Virus record (IMG/VR): IMGVR_UViG_3300005077_000011
Span: 21,002 to 85,001 of that record
Source of the DNA: a virus
Length of the DNA: 64,000 bases
Reading direction: 5' to 3' (one strand)
The notes under the pieces: generated by a model
What the model saw: only the letters and a program-made list of their open reading frames with translations
Databases searched by the model: none
Told to the model about the DNA's origin: nothing
Program-made: the position numbers and the translations under genes
Shown: positions 29,014 through 38,359 of the stretch, one piece after another
Numbering within the stretch: position 1 is the first letter of the stretch
Layout of the letters: each line of letters opens with the position of its first letter

Positions 29014-29181
29014 ATGAAAGACATGATGAACAGTGTTCCTCAAAGTCTTAGAAAAGCTATAGAATCTGAGGAAAAAGAATCTAAAGAATTGGAGACAATT
29101 CGTCGAGAAGATGAGCGGAAGTTTGTACAGTCAATGCGTCATGTAATAGATACGGACGGTTACATTAAGCCAATGGCTTAA
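29014..29181 (+). CDS. Small hypothetical protein (55 aa, not in ORF track)
   Basis: SD AAGGAG; open frame MKDMMNSV...KPMA*. Confidence 0.6.
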   Translation: MKDMMNSVPQSLRKAIESEEKESKELETIRREDERKFVQSMRHVIDTDGYIKPMA

Positions 29182-29340
29182 CGCGCGCGTATAGTCATAT
29201 AGCTTATAGCTATTAAATAATAAATATAGTATTCTTTATTTAATCTAATAACTATTATTAAAGCTAAAACAAAGGCTATAACAAAAGCTAAAATAATAGT
29301 TATTAGTATTATTTAAAGAATAAGCTAAAATTTAGCTATG
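29181..29340. repeat. AT-rich inverted-repeat region with AGCTA iterations; candidate replication origin
   Basis: ACGCGCGCGT palindrome; perfect 15-bp inverted repeat 29245-59 with 29292-306; repeated AAGCTAAAA; just upstream of the helicase. Confidence 0.45.
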
Positions 29341-29367
29341 TACTTTTTAATTAAAAAGAGTTAAAAT
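29339..29367 (+). promoter_or_regulatory. Promoter TGTACT-N17-TAAAAT
   Basis: Family match upstream of the helicase. Confidence 0.6.
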
Positions 29368-29377
29368 TATAGACATT

Positions 29378-30703
29378 ATGGAATTAAATACTTCAGAAGC
29401 TCAATTCATTCATAAACTTATAGAAGAAAAAAATCTTAAAGAATATTTTGAATCTCAAACTAGAGGAATACAAAATGAAACTTTTACAGAAGAAAGTCCT
29501 AAGAAAGCTTGGGAATTTATTCAAGATTATACGCGTCAATATAGTAGACTTCCAACTCTTCGAGTAATACAAGAACAAGTTCCTACTTTTGTGCCTGGTC
29601 CTGTTCCAGATCAATTTGCATATTATAGAGATAAACTTGTGCGTCAAATGCATAGAATAACTATTGCAAATTTCACTACAGAATTAGCAAGAAAAGTTCA
29701 AAATGATGATGATTCTATTATTGAATTTATAGGAAGAACGTATCAAAATCTTATTAAAGGAGAAAGAATTTCCGACTTTGGTAGATTCCGAGAAATGATG
29801 GATCGTATAACAGAATATGAACAACGTCTTACTGCAGGAGAACAGCCGATGGGCATTCCTACTGGTATTGTTCCATTGGATGAACATTTTCTTGGCTTTA
29901 GACCTGGCGATTATGGTGTTATTTCTGGAAGAACAGGTGAAGGTAAAACTACATTGGCTTTGTTTATGTCATTTTCTGCATTTATGGCAGGATACAAAGT
30001 TTCTTATATAACTCTTGAAATGCCAAGAGAACAAATCTTTGAAAAACTTGATGCATGTGCAACTGGAATATCTATTAATAAAATAAAAAGATTGAAACTT
30101 ACAAATGATGAACTTACTAAATATCGGGAAAGAGCTGATCAGATAAGAACTCGAGAGTCTGACATTCTTGTTCATGATCGAACTGGATCATGTTCAATTG
30201 TTACAGTTGAAGCTATTCTTAATCAAGACGAACCTGATATTCTATTTGTTGATTCTATATATTTGATGAAAGGAAATTCTTCTAAAAGCCAATGGGAAAG
30301 TATTAAAGAGACTTCGAATAGATTGAAGCAATTAGCAATGAAATATCGAAAACCGATAGTCGTTTTATCACAAGTAAATAGAGACGGAGCTGATATTATT
30401 AAGACAGGAGAACTTCCAAGTATTTCTAATCTTTCTTATTCTGATGCACTTGGACAAGATGCTGATCATGTATTCGTTCTTACTTCGAATGAAAGAACTC
30501 GTTTCTTTAAAGCAAAAAGATTATCTTCAATTAAACTTCGAGGAGCAGCTGAAAAAGATATGGCGGTCAAATGGGATCCCACAACTAACTTTATTGAATA
30601 TCTCGATGAATATAAAAATTTAAGATCTCCAGAAAAACAAGTTCAAGAAGCACTTGAGCTACAAGAAGCTCATCGCCAACCATTCAATGATAACCCAAGT
30701 TGA
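29378..30703 (+). CDS. DnaB-like replicative helicase
   Basis: Walker A GRTGEGKT, YITLEM, FVDSIYL, LSQVNR, QDAD. Confidence 0.9.
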   Translation: MELNTSEAQFIHKLIEEKNLKEYFESQTRGIQNETFTEESPKKAWEFIQDYTRQYSRLPTLRVIQEQVPTFVPGPVPDQFAYYRDKLVRQMHRITIANFTTELARKVQNDDDSIIEFIGRTYQNLIKGERISDFGRFREMMDRITEYEQRLTAGEQPMGIPTGIVPLDEHFLGFRPGDYGVISGRTGEGKTTLALFMSFSAFMAGYKVSYITLEMPREQIFEKLDACATGISINKIKRLKLTNDELTKYRERADQIRTRESDILVHDRTGSCSIVTVEAILNQDEPDILFVDSIYLMKGNSSKSQWESIKETSNRLKQLAMKYRKPIVVLSQVNRDGADIIKTGELPSISNLSYSDALGQDADHVFVLTSNERTRFFKAKRLSSIKLRGAAEKDMAVKWDPTTNFIEYLDEYKNLRSPEKQVQEALELQEAHRQPFNDNPS

Positions 30704-31622
30704 TATAGACCGGCTAGATATATTGGACATATTAGAAGAGTATAATCTTCGTCCAAAAGTAAATTCAACAGGAAACGCAAATTTCTGTTGTCCATTCCAT
30801 GGAGAAAAAAATCCTTCATGCGGAATGAAAGTTAAATCCGGTTTGTGGAAATGTTTTGCTTGCGGAATGTCTGGCAATCTTGTATCATTTATAGCTGAAC
30901 TAGAAAAAATAACATTGCAAGAATCTGAAGAGAAAATTAGAAAAAAATGGATAGAAAAGATTCCTGATGTTAATACTTTAGTAGATACTGTTGAGAATAT
31001 ATTAAGTAAGAAAGAAGATACACATGAACCTGATGCAATTTATCCTGATTGGATACTATCAAGGTATAGTAAAGAAGTGTCATACATGTCAACTCGGGGA
31101 ATCGAGCGCAGGACGTGCGAACACTTTAATGTTGTCTATGATCCAATAACAAAGTATCAGGGATTTCCATGTTATAACGATAAAAATCAATTAGTTGGAG
31201 TTACAGGAAGAAATACACAAAATGAAGAGCCAAGATATTTTCCTTTGATTCGATTCAAAAAGTCTCATTATATATATAATTTTAATCAAATAGACAAAGA
31301 TCAATTAGTCATTGCTGTTGAAGGAGAGATCAACGTCATGGCAATGTGGCAAAAAGGATATACAAATACAATTGCTTTTCTTGGAGCAGGAGTTTCAAAC
31401 AATCAAATTGAAATAATGCGCAATAGTAAAATTAAAAATCTTATTATTTTCTTTGATACAGATCCAGCAGGCATTCATGGCATGAAAACATTATTTAAAA
31501 ATTTATGGCTTTATATGAACATAAAAGTAGTTAAAGATCATGATGGAGACACAGCAGAGTTGACAAAAGATCAGATAGATTATCTGATAAAAAATGCAGA
31601 AGAAGTTCAGATAAAAGTGTAG
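30687..31622 (+). CDS. DNA primase (CHC2 zinc finger plus TOPRIM)
   Basis: CPFHGEKNPS..WKCFAC, VEGEINV, FFDTDPAG; start moved to ATG 30687. Confidence 0.9.
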   Translation: MITQVDIDRLDILDILEEYNLRPKVNSTGNANFCCPFHGEKNPSCGMKVKSGLWKCFACGMSGNLVSFIAELEKITLQESEEKIRKKWIEKIPDVNTLVDTVENILSKKEDTHEPDAIYPDWILSRYSKEVSYMSTRGIERRTCEHFNVVYDPITKYQGFPCYNDKNQLVGVTGRNTQNEEPRYFPLIRFKKSHYIYNFNQIDKDQLVIAVEGEINVMAMWQKGYTNTIAFLGAGVSNNQIEIMRNSKIKNLIIFFDTDPAGIHGMKTLFKNLWLYMNIKVVKDHDGDTAELTKDQIDYLIKNAEEVQIKV

Positions 31623-31632
31623 TAGAAACGTA

Positions 31633-31661
31633 TGTACTTTTAAGAGGATTTGTGATATAAT
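31633..31661 (+). promoter_or_regulatory. Promoter TGTACT-N17-TATAAT with extended -10
   Basis: Family match. Confidence 0.75.
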
Positions 31662-31698
31662 AGATTTATATACTTCAAATTCCTCGGAATAGGAAATT

Positions 31699-32718
31699 AT
31701 GGAAATTTTTGAGCCAGAAATAATACACACAAAGATTGTTGGTGTTTCATTTGAGGGACGTCAACAAGTTATTCAAGCTATTGAAAGAATTGTACAGACA
31801 AACAAAGATTCTGTCAAATTAACTTTAGAGCGAGATTTGAATAATCCAGTAGATCCTTTTGCAATAGCAGTTTATGCTACTTATTTTGATAGTACATTTA
31901 TTAGTGAGGTGAAACGACAAGTTGGCTTTATTCGCAAAGAATTAGCCGCACAATTTGTTGAAGACTTAAACAACGGATATGATTTCGTTGTTACTGAATT
32001 TGAAACTACCGGTGGATATAATCATTCACGGGGAGTCAATATTAATGTTTTACGAAAGGAGGCGAATATGCCAACAGTTACAGCAATGGATTTGCTTAAA
32101 AGAAAAGCAGGTTCTTCTCAAGGTACAGAATATCTCCGTCTTAAGGAGAATACAATGTTTACATTGCGCTTTTTAAAGCCGTTGAGTGAAGCTTATATAC
32201 AAGCAACTCATTCTATTAAATTACCAGATGGTAAATATGAAAGATTTACAGCAGCGCAATATGCAAATGGAGTATTTGATGAATCAGTAGAAGATCCAGC
32301 TTTAGTTATTGATCCAAAACCTTGGATTAAGTTAGTACTTCCAGTTATAGATAGAGCAGATGGAAAAGTAAAGTTATTCTCAGAGACAGTTGCAATGTAT
32401 AGAAAATTGCAATTATTTGAAGAACAACCTGCAAATGATGCAGAAAAGTCTGTGAAACTTGGAGGATTAACTAATGCAGATATTTCAATTATGCAGCAGG
32501 GCAATGGAAAAGATCGCCAAGTTAATGTCTTTCCAGTTCCTGGAACAATAAGACCACTTAATGATGCTGAGAAGAAAATGAAAATTCCTGATCTTAAAGC
32601 AGGACAGAAGCTTCTTACTAAAGAAGAAATTAAAAGAATTGTTGACTTGGTTGTACGAAATCAAGCAGGACAAACAATGAACGTCACGCCAGCAGCACAA
32701 GGGCCTTTTACAGAGTAA
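31699..32718 (+). CDS. HIRAN domain fused to a gp32-like single-stranded DNA-binding protein
   Basis: TKIVGVSF, LERDLNNPVDPFAIAV and QVGFI (HIRAN); then LRFL..HSI, VLPVIDRADGKVKLF, ADISI..GNGKD (SSB-like). Confidence 0.65.
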   Translation: MEIFEPEIIHTKIVGVSFEGRQQVIQAIERIVQTNKDSVKLTLERDLNNPVDPFAIAVYATYFDSTFISEVKRQVGFIRKELAAQFVEDLNNGYDFVVTEFETTGGYNHSRGVNINVLRKEANMPTVTAMDLLKRKAGSSQGTEYLRLKENTMFTLRFLKPLSEAYIQATHSIKLPDGKYERFTAAQYANGVFDESVEDPALVIDPKPWIKLVLPVIDRADGKVKLFSETVAMYRKLQLFEEQPANDAEKSVKLGGLTNADISIMQQGNGKDRQVNVFPVPGTIRPLNDAEKKMKIPDLKAGQKLLTKEEIKRIVDLVVRNQAGQTMNVTPAAQGPFTE

Positions 32719-32727
32719 TTTTGTCTA

Positions 32728-32756
32728 TGTACAAATATCTCTGAACAATGTATAAT
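32728..32756 (+). promoter_or_regulatory. Promoter TGTACA-N17-TATAAT
   Basis: Family match upstream of the dCTPase-like, E1, Ubl and E2 genes. Confidence 0.8.
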
Positions 32757-32774
32757 TTCTTAACCAGAGCAGCA

Positions 32775-33146
32775 ATGAAAAGAGAACAATATTTTTCAAC
32801 TATTTGTAAAGAGCACGATACTTATTTGAGCAAGATGAACAAGATCATTGCTGCTCTTGGTAGAAATGATTGTGTAAAGGAATATGAATTAATTGACAGA
32901 GTAGCATTTCATGTTATTGAAGAAATAATAGAAATGCGAAGAACATATCCTCATAAATTTTGGAAGCAAGCTAAAGAAGAAGTCAATAAAGAAGCTTTAT
33001 TAGAAGAAGCATCAGACATTTTTTTAATGTTTCGATCTATGTGGATAGAAGTGTGTAAAGTAAGTGGAGTATCAGAAGAAGAATTCTTATCTCATGTATT
33101 GACTAAAGTAAGAAAGAACCAACAACGTTTACAATCAGGATATTAA
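32775..33146 (+). CDS. All-alpha NTP pyrophosphatase (dimeric dUTPase / T4 gp56 dCTPase-like)
   Basis: EEIIE..KFWK, LLEEASDIF, TKVRKNQQRLQSGY. Confidence 0.7.
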   Translation: MKREQYFSTICKEHDTYLSKMNKIIAALGRNDCVKEYELIDRVAFHVIEEIIEMRRTYPHKFWKQAKEEVNKEALLEEASDIFLMFRSMWIEVCKVSGVSEEEFLSHVLTKVRKNQQRLQSGY

Positions 33147-33147
33147 T

Positions 33148-33834
33148 ATGATACAAGAAAATTTATTTAGTCGTCAATCAGGAATAATTCGTCCAGATGA
33201 ATTACAAAGACACATTCTGATTGTTGGAGCAGGCGGAATAGGCTCTTGGACAGCATTATCTTTATTAAAAATGGGAATGTCTAAAATAACAATTATAGAT
33301 TTTGACACAATAGAAGAAGCTAATCTAGCTCCACAATTTTATAATACTCAACACAACGGAATGTCAAAGGTAGAAGCTCTAGTAAAGCGCTTGACAGAAG
33401 AGGCTTTGCCTGGACAAGCAATTCAAGGTATACATTCTAAATGGGAAGATTGGGTCAACAAAGAAATATTTATTCAGGAACAATTTGTGGATATTGTTAT
33501 TATGGCAGTTGATACAATGGATGTTCGAATTAAAATCTGGAATGATATTAAATATCTTGGATTATTAGATGTTATAGACGCAAGAATGGCTAAAGAGATG
33601 CTAGAGATTTTTACAATAGATCCAACAAAAGAAGAAGATATTAAAATGTTTGAACAACATTTATTTCCTTCTTCTTCAGTAGAACATATACCTTGTACAG
33701 AAAGAGCAGTAGCATACAATCAATTTGTAATTGCTGGATTGATTGGGAGTACAGTAAAGCAATTTTTGAAAAAGGAATTGAGTTATAAAAGAATATTATT
33801 TGATCTTAACTCAATGTCATTAATAACACAGTGA
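33148..33834 (+). CDS. ThiF/E1-like activating enzyme
   Basis: FSRQ, GAGGIGS, DFDTIEEANL, VDTMDVR, DAR; candidate catalytic Cys in PCTERA. Confidence 0.9.
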   Translation: MIQENLFSRQSGIIRPDELQRHILIVGAGGIGSWTALSLLKMGMSKITIIDFDTIEEANLAPQFYNTQHNGMSKVEALVKRLTEEALPGQAIQGIHSKWEDWVNKEIFIQEQFVDIVIMAVDTMDVRIKIWNDIKYLGLLDVIDARMAKEMLEIFTIDPTKEEDIKMFEQHLFPSSSVEHIPCTERAVAYNQFVIAGLIGSTVKQFLKKELSYKRILFDLNSMSLITQ

Positions 33835-33848
33835 AGGAGGTGAATAGC

Positions 33849-34103
33849 ATGGAAAAAAGAAAAGTAAAGAAAGAAGAACTTGAGGCAGTTGTCCTTCGTT
33901 TTGGAGGAAAACCTCAAAGAGTAGCACTTGGAGAAGATTCCACAGTTCAAGACGCTATTGATGAAGCTGGCTTCACAGTAAAGCCAGGAGACGGAGTAAC
34001 AGTAAACGGTGAAACTGTCGACAAAGATGAGCTTGATGAAACACTTATCGAAGATGCAGACCGAGTTGTTATTACTCCTAGATTTGAAGGTGGAAATAAA
34101 TAA
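33849..34103 (+). CDS. Ubiquitin-like beta-grasp protein ending in GG-NK
   Basis: SD GGAGGTGA; STVQDAI, VTVNGE, LIEDADRVVITPRFEGGNK. Confidence 0.8.
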   Translation: MEKRKVKKEELEAVVLRFGGKPQRVALGEDSTVQDAIDEAGFTVKPGDGVTVNGETVDKDELDETLIEDADRVVITPRFEGGNK

Positions 34104-34121
34104 GATAAAAAAGAGAGCGGT

Positions 34122-34982
34122 ATGAACGACAAAGATCAATTATTACAATTTTTACGAACATCAGGCCCAGAAGTAGCTGAAAAAGCTGGCCTTTTAAAAA
34201 CAACAAACATCTTCGACAGGCTTCAAGATTTTGATATTAATAAAATATCAAGACAAGTTGCTGAACTAGATCTAGTTGCTCTCCGCTCTCTTTTGTCTGA
34301 CAAAAAACGAGCATCAGAAGAATTTAATAATAATTCACGTAAAATACGAGAACTTAGAGAGACTCTCAAATCTTTAGAACAAAGAATAGAAGTTTATAAA
34401 GATGTAGATAAGATAGTTGATGCAAGAAAGAAACAATTGAATAAAATTTTTAAGAATCTTTTTATACACCATGTTGAATACGTTGAGAACAATGTAACTA
34501 TTTTTACAACAGAATTTTTAAAGATAAAAGATAGACAGCTTGGAATATTTAGAATATGGATTGATTGGAATAAGTCAGATGCAAGAAGCGCTATTAGAGT
34601 AATAAACTTTTATAAACGTAATGGACAAAATGATCATCCTTGTGTTCAAAATGGACAGATATGTATGGGAAATGCTGATCAATCTATTAGAGAACATTAT
34701 GCACAAAAGGATTTATTTGTTTTATTAGAAACAATTATATCTTTCTTGTTGTCTGAAAATATTTCTCGTGGATATATACGAGAATGGAGTGTATGGTTAA
34801 AAGGGTGTGGAAGAGTTGCTCATGATTTTTCTTTTAGTTCATTAAATATTCGCCCTTATAAAACAACTCCTCCTGAGCCTTTAATAAGAGGAGCACAAGA
34901 ACAAGAAGCACAAGTACCTGTAGATCTTTATACAACTTTCACTGTTTCTAATGAAACATCTACAACTTATACTCCAATATGA
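34122..34982 (+). CDS. Coiled coil plus prokaryotic E2/UBC-like domain
   Basis: HPCVQNGQICMGN resembles the UBC HPNxxxxGxIC active-site motif; lies in an E1/Ubl/JAB neighbourhood. Confidence 0.65.
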   Translation: MNDKDQLLQFLRTSGPEVAEKAGLLKTTNIFDRLQDFDINKISRQVAELDLVALRSLLSDKKRASEEFNNNSRKIRELRETLKSLEQRIEVYKDVDKIVDARKKQLNKIFKNLFIHHVEYVENNVTIFTTEFLKIKDRQLGIFRIWIDWNKSDARSAIRVINFYKRNGQNDHPCVQNGQICMGNADQSIREHYAQKDLFVLLETIISFLLSENISRGYIREWSVWLKGCGRVAHDFSFSSLNIRPYKTTPPEPLIRGAQEQEAQVPVDLYTTFTVSNETSTTYTPI

Positions 34983-35016
34983 AACTTTACAGCAAATTTT
35001 GTTCCAGCTTTTTAAT

Positions 35017-35193
35017 ATGAAAACGCCAGAATATATGAAATACAAATGCAGTAGATGCGGACAAGAAATAACAGATTCAGATGATGTTCTAGTAATATCT
35101 GTTCTATTAAAAGAAAAAGAAGTGTTTGATCTATGCAATTGTTGTAAGAAAGACTTCAAAGACTTCATGAAAGCTTTGAAAACGAAAGTATAA
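35017..35193 (+). CDS. Small zinc-ribbon protein
   Basis: CSRC...CNCC; start uncertain (35017 or 35035). Confidence 0.5.
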   Translation: MKTPEYMKYKCSRCGQEITDSDDVLVISVLLKEKEVFDLCNCCKKDFKDFMKALKTKV

Positions 35194-35269
35194 TATGCAC
35201 TCTCTTTGTATTAAGTATATCTATATTCCAAAAATTCAGAGAAAAATAGAAGCGATTAAAAACTGGCTA

Positions 35270-35298
35270 TATACATTTTTAAATAAATATATTAAAAT
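35270..35298 (+). promoter_or_regulatory. Promoter TATACA-N17-TAAAAT
   Basis: Family match with the CTA prefix; upstream of the JAB, kinase, GT and UDG genes. Confidence 0.6.
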
Positions 35299-35319
35299 AT
35301 AAGAACATAAAGGAGAATT

Positions 35320-35985
35320 ATGAAAGTTATTTTATCACATTTAGCAGATCTTAAACTTAAATATTATGTTGAGAGTATTGATTATGAAATTTCTGGCGTA
35401 GGTCTTGTAGAAAAAAAAGACGGAGATATTGTTGTCAAAGATATATTTCTTATAAAGCAAGAAGTGTCTCATGCAGAAACTAAATTAAACTCAAAGGCAG
35501 TAAGTGATTTTCTTATAGAGAAATGTCAGATAGAGGGATTCCCGGTTGAAAACATAAAACTTTGGTGGCATTCTCATGTTAATATGCAGACATTCTGGTC
35601 TCAAACAGATGATGATACTATTGACGGATTTGATCAAGACTCTAAAGAAGATAATTGGTATTTGTCTATAGTCTGCAATAAACAAGGACATCGAAGAGCA
35701 AGAGTAGATATATATTATCCTTTTAGAGTTGTTATAGATGAACTACAAATATCAACAGATGAAGATCATGACCTCGAGAAATCTATTAAAGAAGAAGTAA
35801 ATAAACTTGTTTCTGTTAAACAAAATGAAGGTCCAAAGTTATTCAATGGAGCTGGAGAAATAATTGGTGGAGCTAATTTTGCAAAAGAAGACGATGAAGA
35901 CAAAGAAACTTCTTTCTACAGAGGTGGCGGAGGCGGAGGATTTAATCACAAACATAAGAATAGAAATAAATATTGGAAACATTAA
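35320..35985 (+). CDS. JAB/MPN metalloprotease
   Basis: YEISG catalytic Glu; WHSHVNMQTFWSQTD (HxH..S..D). Confidence 0.85.
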   Translation: MKVILSHLADLKLKYYVESIDYEISGVGLVEKKDGDIVVKDIFLIKQEVSHAETKLNSKAVSDFLIEKCQIEGFPVENIKLWWHSHVNMQTFWSQTDDDTIDGFDQDSKEDNWYLSIVCNKQGHRRARVDIYYPFRVVIDELQISTDEDHDLEKSIKEEVNKLVSVKQNEGPKLFNGAGEIIGGANFAKEDDEDKETSFYRGGGGGGFNHKHKNRNKYWKH

Positions 35986-35986
35986 T

Positions 35987-36586
35987 ATGATGTACATATT
36001 CGAAGGTATTGATGGGGCAGGCAAGGATACATTGATTGCTAAGATTAAACAAACAGTTAGTATTCCTGTTTTCAATGGCTTTAATGTATATGACCAAAGC
36101 GAATTTACTCATATTCATCCATTTGTTGGTGATAAAAAAGAATGGCAAAAAGCAATAGGGTTTGAAATAGTAAACTATTGTAAGCAAGCTCAGTATAGTG
36201 TTATAATCAATCGCTTTACTTGGTCTGAGATAGTTTATTCTAAAGTACTTAGAAATCAAGCAGACACGGCTTGGTATTGGGACATAATGGAAAAAGAGCT
36301 TCAAGGAATAGCTAAAATAATTTATGTTGATGTAACAGCAGAAGAAGCAGAAAAACGAATAAAAAAGTCTGGAAGACATAAGTCTAAATTAGTTCTTAGC
36401 AAGCTAAATGAAATGCGTAAAGAGTTTTGGAATCTTATAGAAACGACTAAACTTCCAGTAGTATTAATTAATTCAATGACTCTATATGATAACAAAAGTT
36501 ATTTAGATGATCCTAGACTTTTTAGAGAAGTATGTGATGGAATTTTGTACAAAAATGATTTTAAATATGGATCTGTAATACTATGA
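35987..36586 (+). CDS. Thymidylate-kinase-like dNMP kinase
   Basis: FEGIDGAGKD P-loop, INRFTWSEIVY, IIYVDV; start moved to ATG 35987. Confidence 0.85.
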   Translation: MMYIFEGIDGAGKDTLIAKIKQTVSIPVFNGFNVYDQSEFTHIHPFVGDKKEWQKAIGFEIVNYCKQAQYSVIINRFTWSEIVYSKVLRNQADTAWYWDIMEKELQGIAKIIYVDVTAEEAEKRIKKSGRHKSKLVLSKLNEMRKEFWNLIETTKLPVVLINSMTLYDNKSYLDDPRLFREVCDGILYKNDFKYGSVIL

Positions 36587-37698
36587 AAAATTTTGGATTC
36601 TCATTTGTTAGTTATTGGGGTGATCAAATAGAAGATATTCCGTGTCAACACACGATCTTTCTTCCTGATCTTGTTTTAGCTTTAGACAAGCTTGGATATA
36701 AAGTATATTCAATGCAAGAGGATCTTGATAAAGGTAAGCCTCGATTTCAAAACTATAAAGTAGAAGAAAGACAAAAGACTTATAATATGATTGAGTTTAC
36801 GGATACATTTCCCGAACTTGATATTCTTCTTATAGAGTGGAGATGGAAAATTCCAGGTAGAAATTGGTATAGAGATGGTATAGACACAAGTGGTTTATTT
36901 CCTCCAATGATGGATTATATTCGTCAAACTCAACTTCTTGATCATTATACAAACACAAACACAAAAGTTTTTATACTTGATACAGACTATAAATTAACAA
37001 AAGAAGACGAAGAAAAATATCCTACAGCAATTCTTCTTGATTTAGCAACAAATTCTAAACAATTGTCTCGACCTCGACATGGAGTATTTTGGCCATTCAA
37101 TATGGATCAATTGAAAGAGCGAGAATATCTTGTTCATGCTCCATATTCTTTTGATCAAGATAATACTTATTCTTTAGACCCAACTTATTTTTTATCTTAT
37201 ATAGGAAATGATTATGAACGTGATGCTCAATTTGAAAAATATATACATCAAATAGCAAAAAAGCTTCCATTCGGAATGGTTCATGTGTACGGCAATTGGA
37301 TAAAATATCCAAAGAAAGCTCAAGAGAATTGGAAGAAATACTTTCCAATTGTGTTTCATCCAAAAGTGACTAAAGCACACATGGAATATATCTATTCTCG
37401 ATCTTATTGTGTTCCTTTACTAGCAAAGGATGATTATGCAAAGCACGGACAAATTGCTTATCGATACCTTGAAAGCATGTACAATGGAACTATACCAGTT
37501 GGATTTAAAGAGTTCTGTGGAATTGAGAAATATTTAATTCCAGAATTAATAGTCGGAACAACAGACGAATTTATGGTCCTCATAGAAAAACTTGATCAAC
37601 AAACACATCAAGAACGCATAAATCTATGGAAAAAACAAGTAAATCATTTTCATTATAATGCTGAGGAATTTGTTCATGAACTTGAAAGACTTAGCTGA
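36583..37698 (+). CDS. GT-B glycosyltransferase, probable DNA/nucleotide glycosyltransferase (BGT-like)
   Basis: LIEWRW, ILDTDYKL, YIGNDYER, HVYGNW, YRYLES..G.IPV; sits within a kinase/TS-like operon. Confidence 0.6.
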   Translation: MKNFGFSFVSYWGDQIEDIPCQHTIFLPDLVLALDKLGYKVYSMQEDLDKGKPRFQNYKVEERQKTYNMIEFTDTFPELDILLIEWRWKIPGRNWYRDGIDTSGLFPPMMDYIRQTQLLDHYTNTNTKVFILDTDYKLTKEDEEKYPTAILLDLATNSKQLSRPRHGVFWPFNMDQLKEREYLVHAPYSFDQDNTYSLDPTYFLSYIGNDYERDAQFEKYIHQIAKKLPFGMVHVYGNWIKYPKKAQENWKKYFPIVFHPKVTKAHMEYIYSRSYCVPLLAKDDYAKHGQIAYRYLESMYNGTIPVGFKEFCGIEKYLIPELIVGTTDEFMVLIEKLDQQTHQERINLWKKQVNHFHYNAEEFVHELERLS

Positions 37699-38251
37699 TT
37701 TAAACAATGAAATCTATAGTTTATTTATAGGAGGAGAATCTCCGTTCGGTTGTTGGAATCAACCTGGTTGGGTAGGAGAAAAAACAAAAATAATGTTTAT
37801 AGGACAGAATCCTGGCATGACAAAGGAATATGAACCTTTTGAACATAAGCGGAATCAAGAAATTTATAGACATTATGTGTTAATGTCTCCAACTGGAGAA
37901 TTCATAGATGAAATTCTTAAAAATTGTAATTTAACTTGGGATGAGATAACTTATACTAATTTAGTAAAGGTTCCAACACGAGGAAATAATACTCCAAGCT
38001 CTGCTTTAGCTCAAAAGTATTTGCCATATCTAGAAAAACAGATAACTATTATTCAACCTCAATTTCTTGTAGTCTTTGGAAAGTTTGCAGGATATTGGTT
38101 CGGCATGGAAGAGTTTTATATGATACGTCATTATAAAAATATTTTTATGACAATGATGCCTCATCCTTCATATCTGCTTCGCTTTGGAACAAAAGAATTA
38201 AAACAAGAACTTAAAAAGATCAAAAATATTTTAGGCTATATACTTATATAG
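37676..38251 (+). CDS. Uracil-DNA glycosylase superfamily protein
   Basis: MFIGQNPG motif 1, YTNLVK, HPSYLLR motif 2. Confidence 0.75.
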   Translation: MNLKDLADLNNEIYSLFIGGESPFGCWNQPGWVGEKTKIMFIGQNPGMTKEYEPFEHKRNQEIYRHYVLMSPTGEFIDEILKNCNLTWDEITYTNLVKVPTRGNNTPSSALAQKYLPYLEKQITIIQPQFLVVFGKFAGYWFGMEEFYMIRHYKNIFMTMMPHPSYLLRFGTKELKQELKKIKNILGYILI

Positions 38252-38311
38252 CTTTGATATTTTCGTGTCTCTGAGCTCACTCTGTGACCTCGAGCTCGTA
38301 TTTGTTCTCTA

Positions 38312-38340
38312 TTTACAAAACAGCCCGAATATAATATAAT
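38312..38340 (+). promoter_or_regulatory. Promoter TTTACA-N17-TATAAT
   Basis: Family match upstream of the TS-like gene and dnaE. Confidence 0.8.
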
Positions 38341-38359
38341 AGTTAAGTCAGGAGGATAT

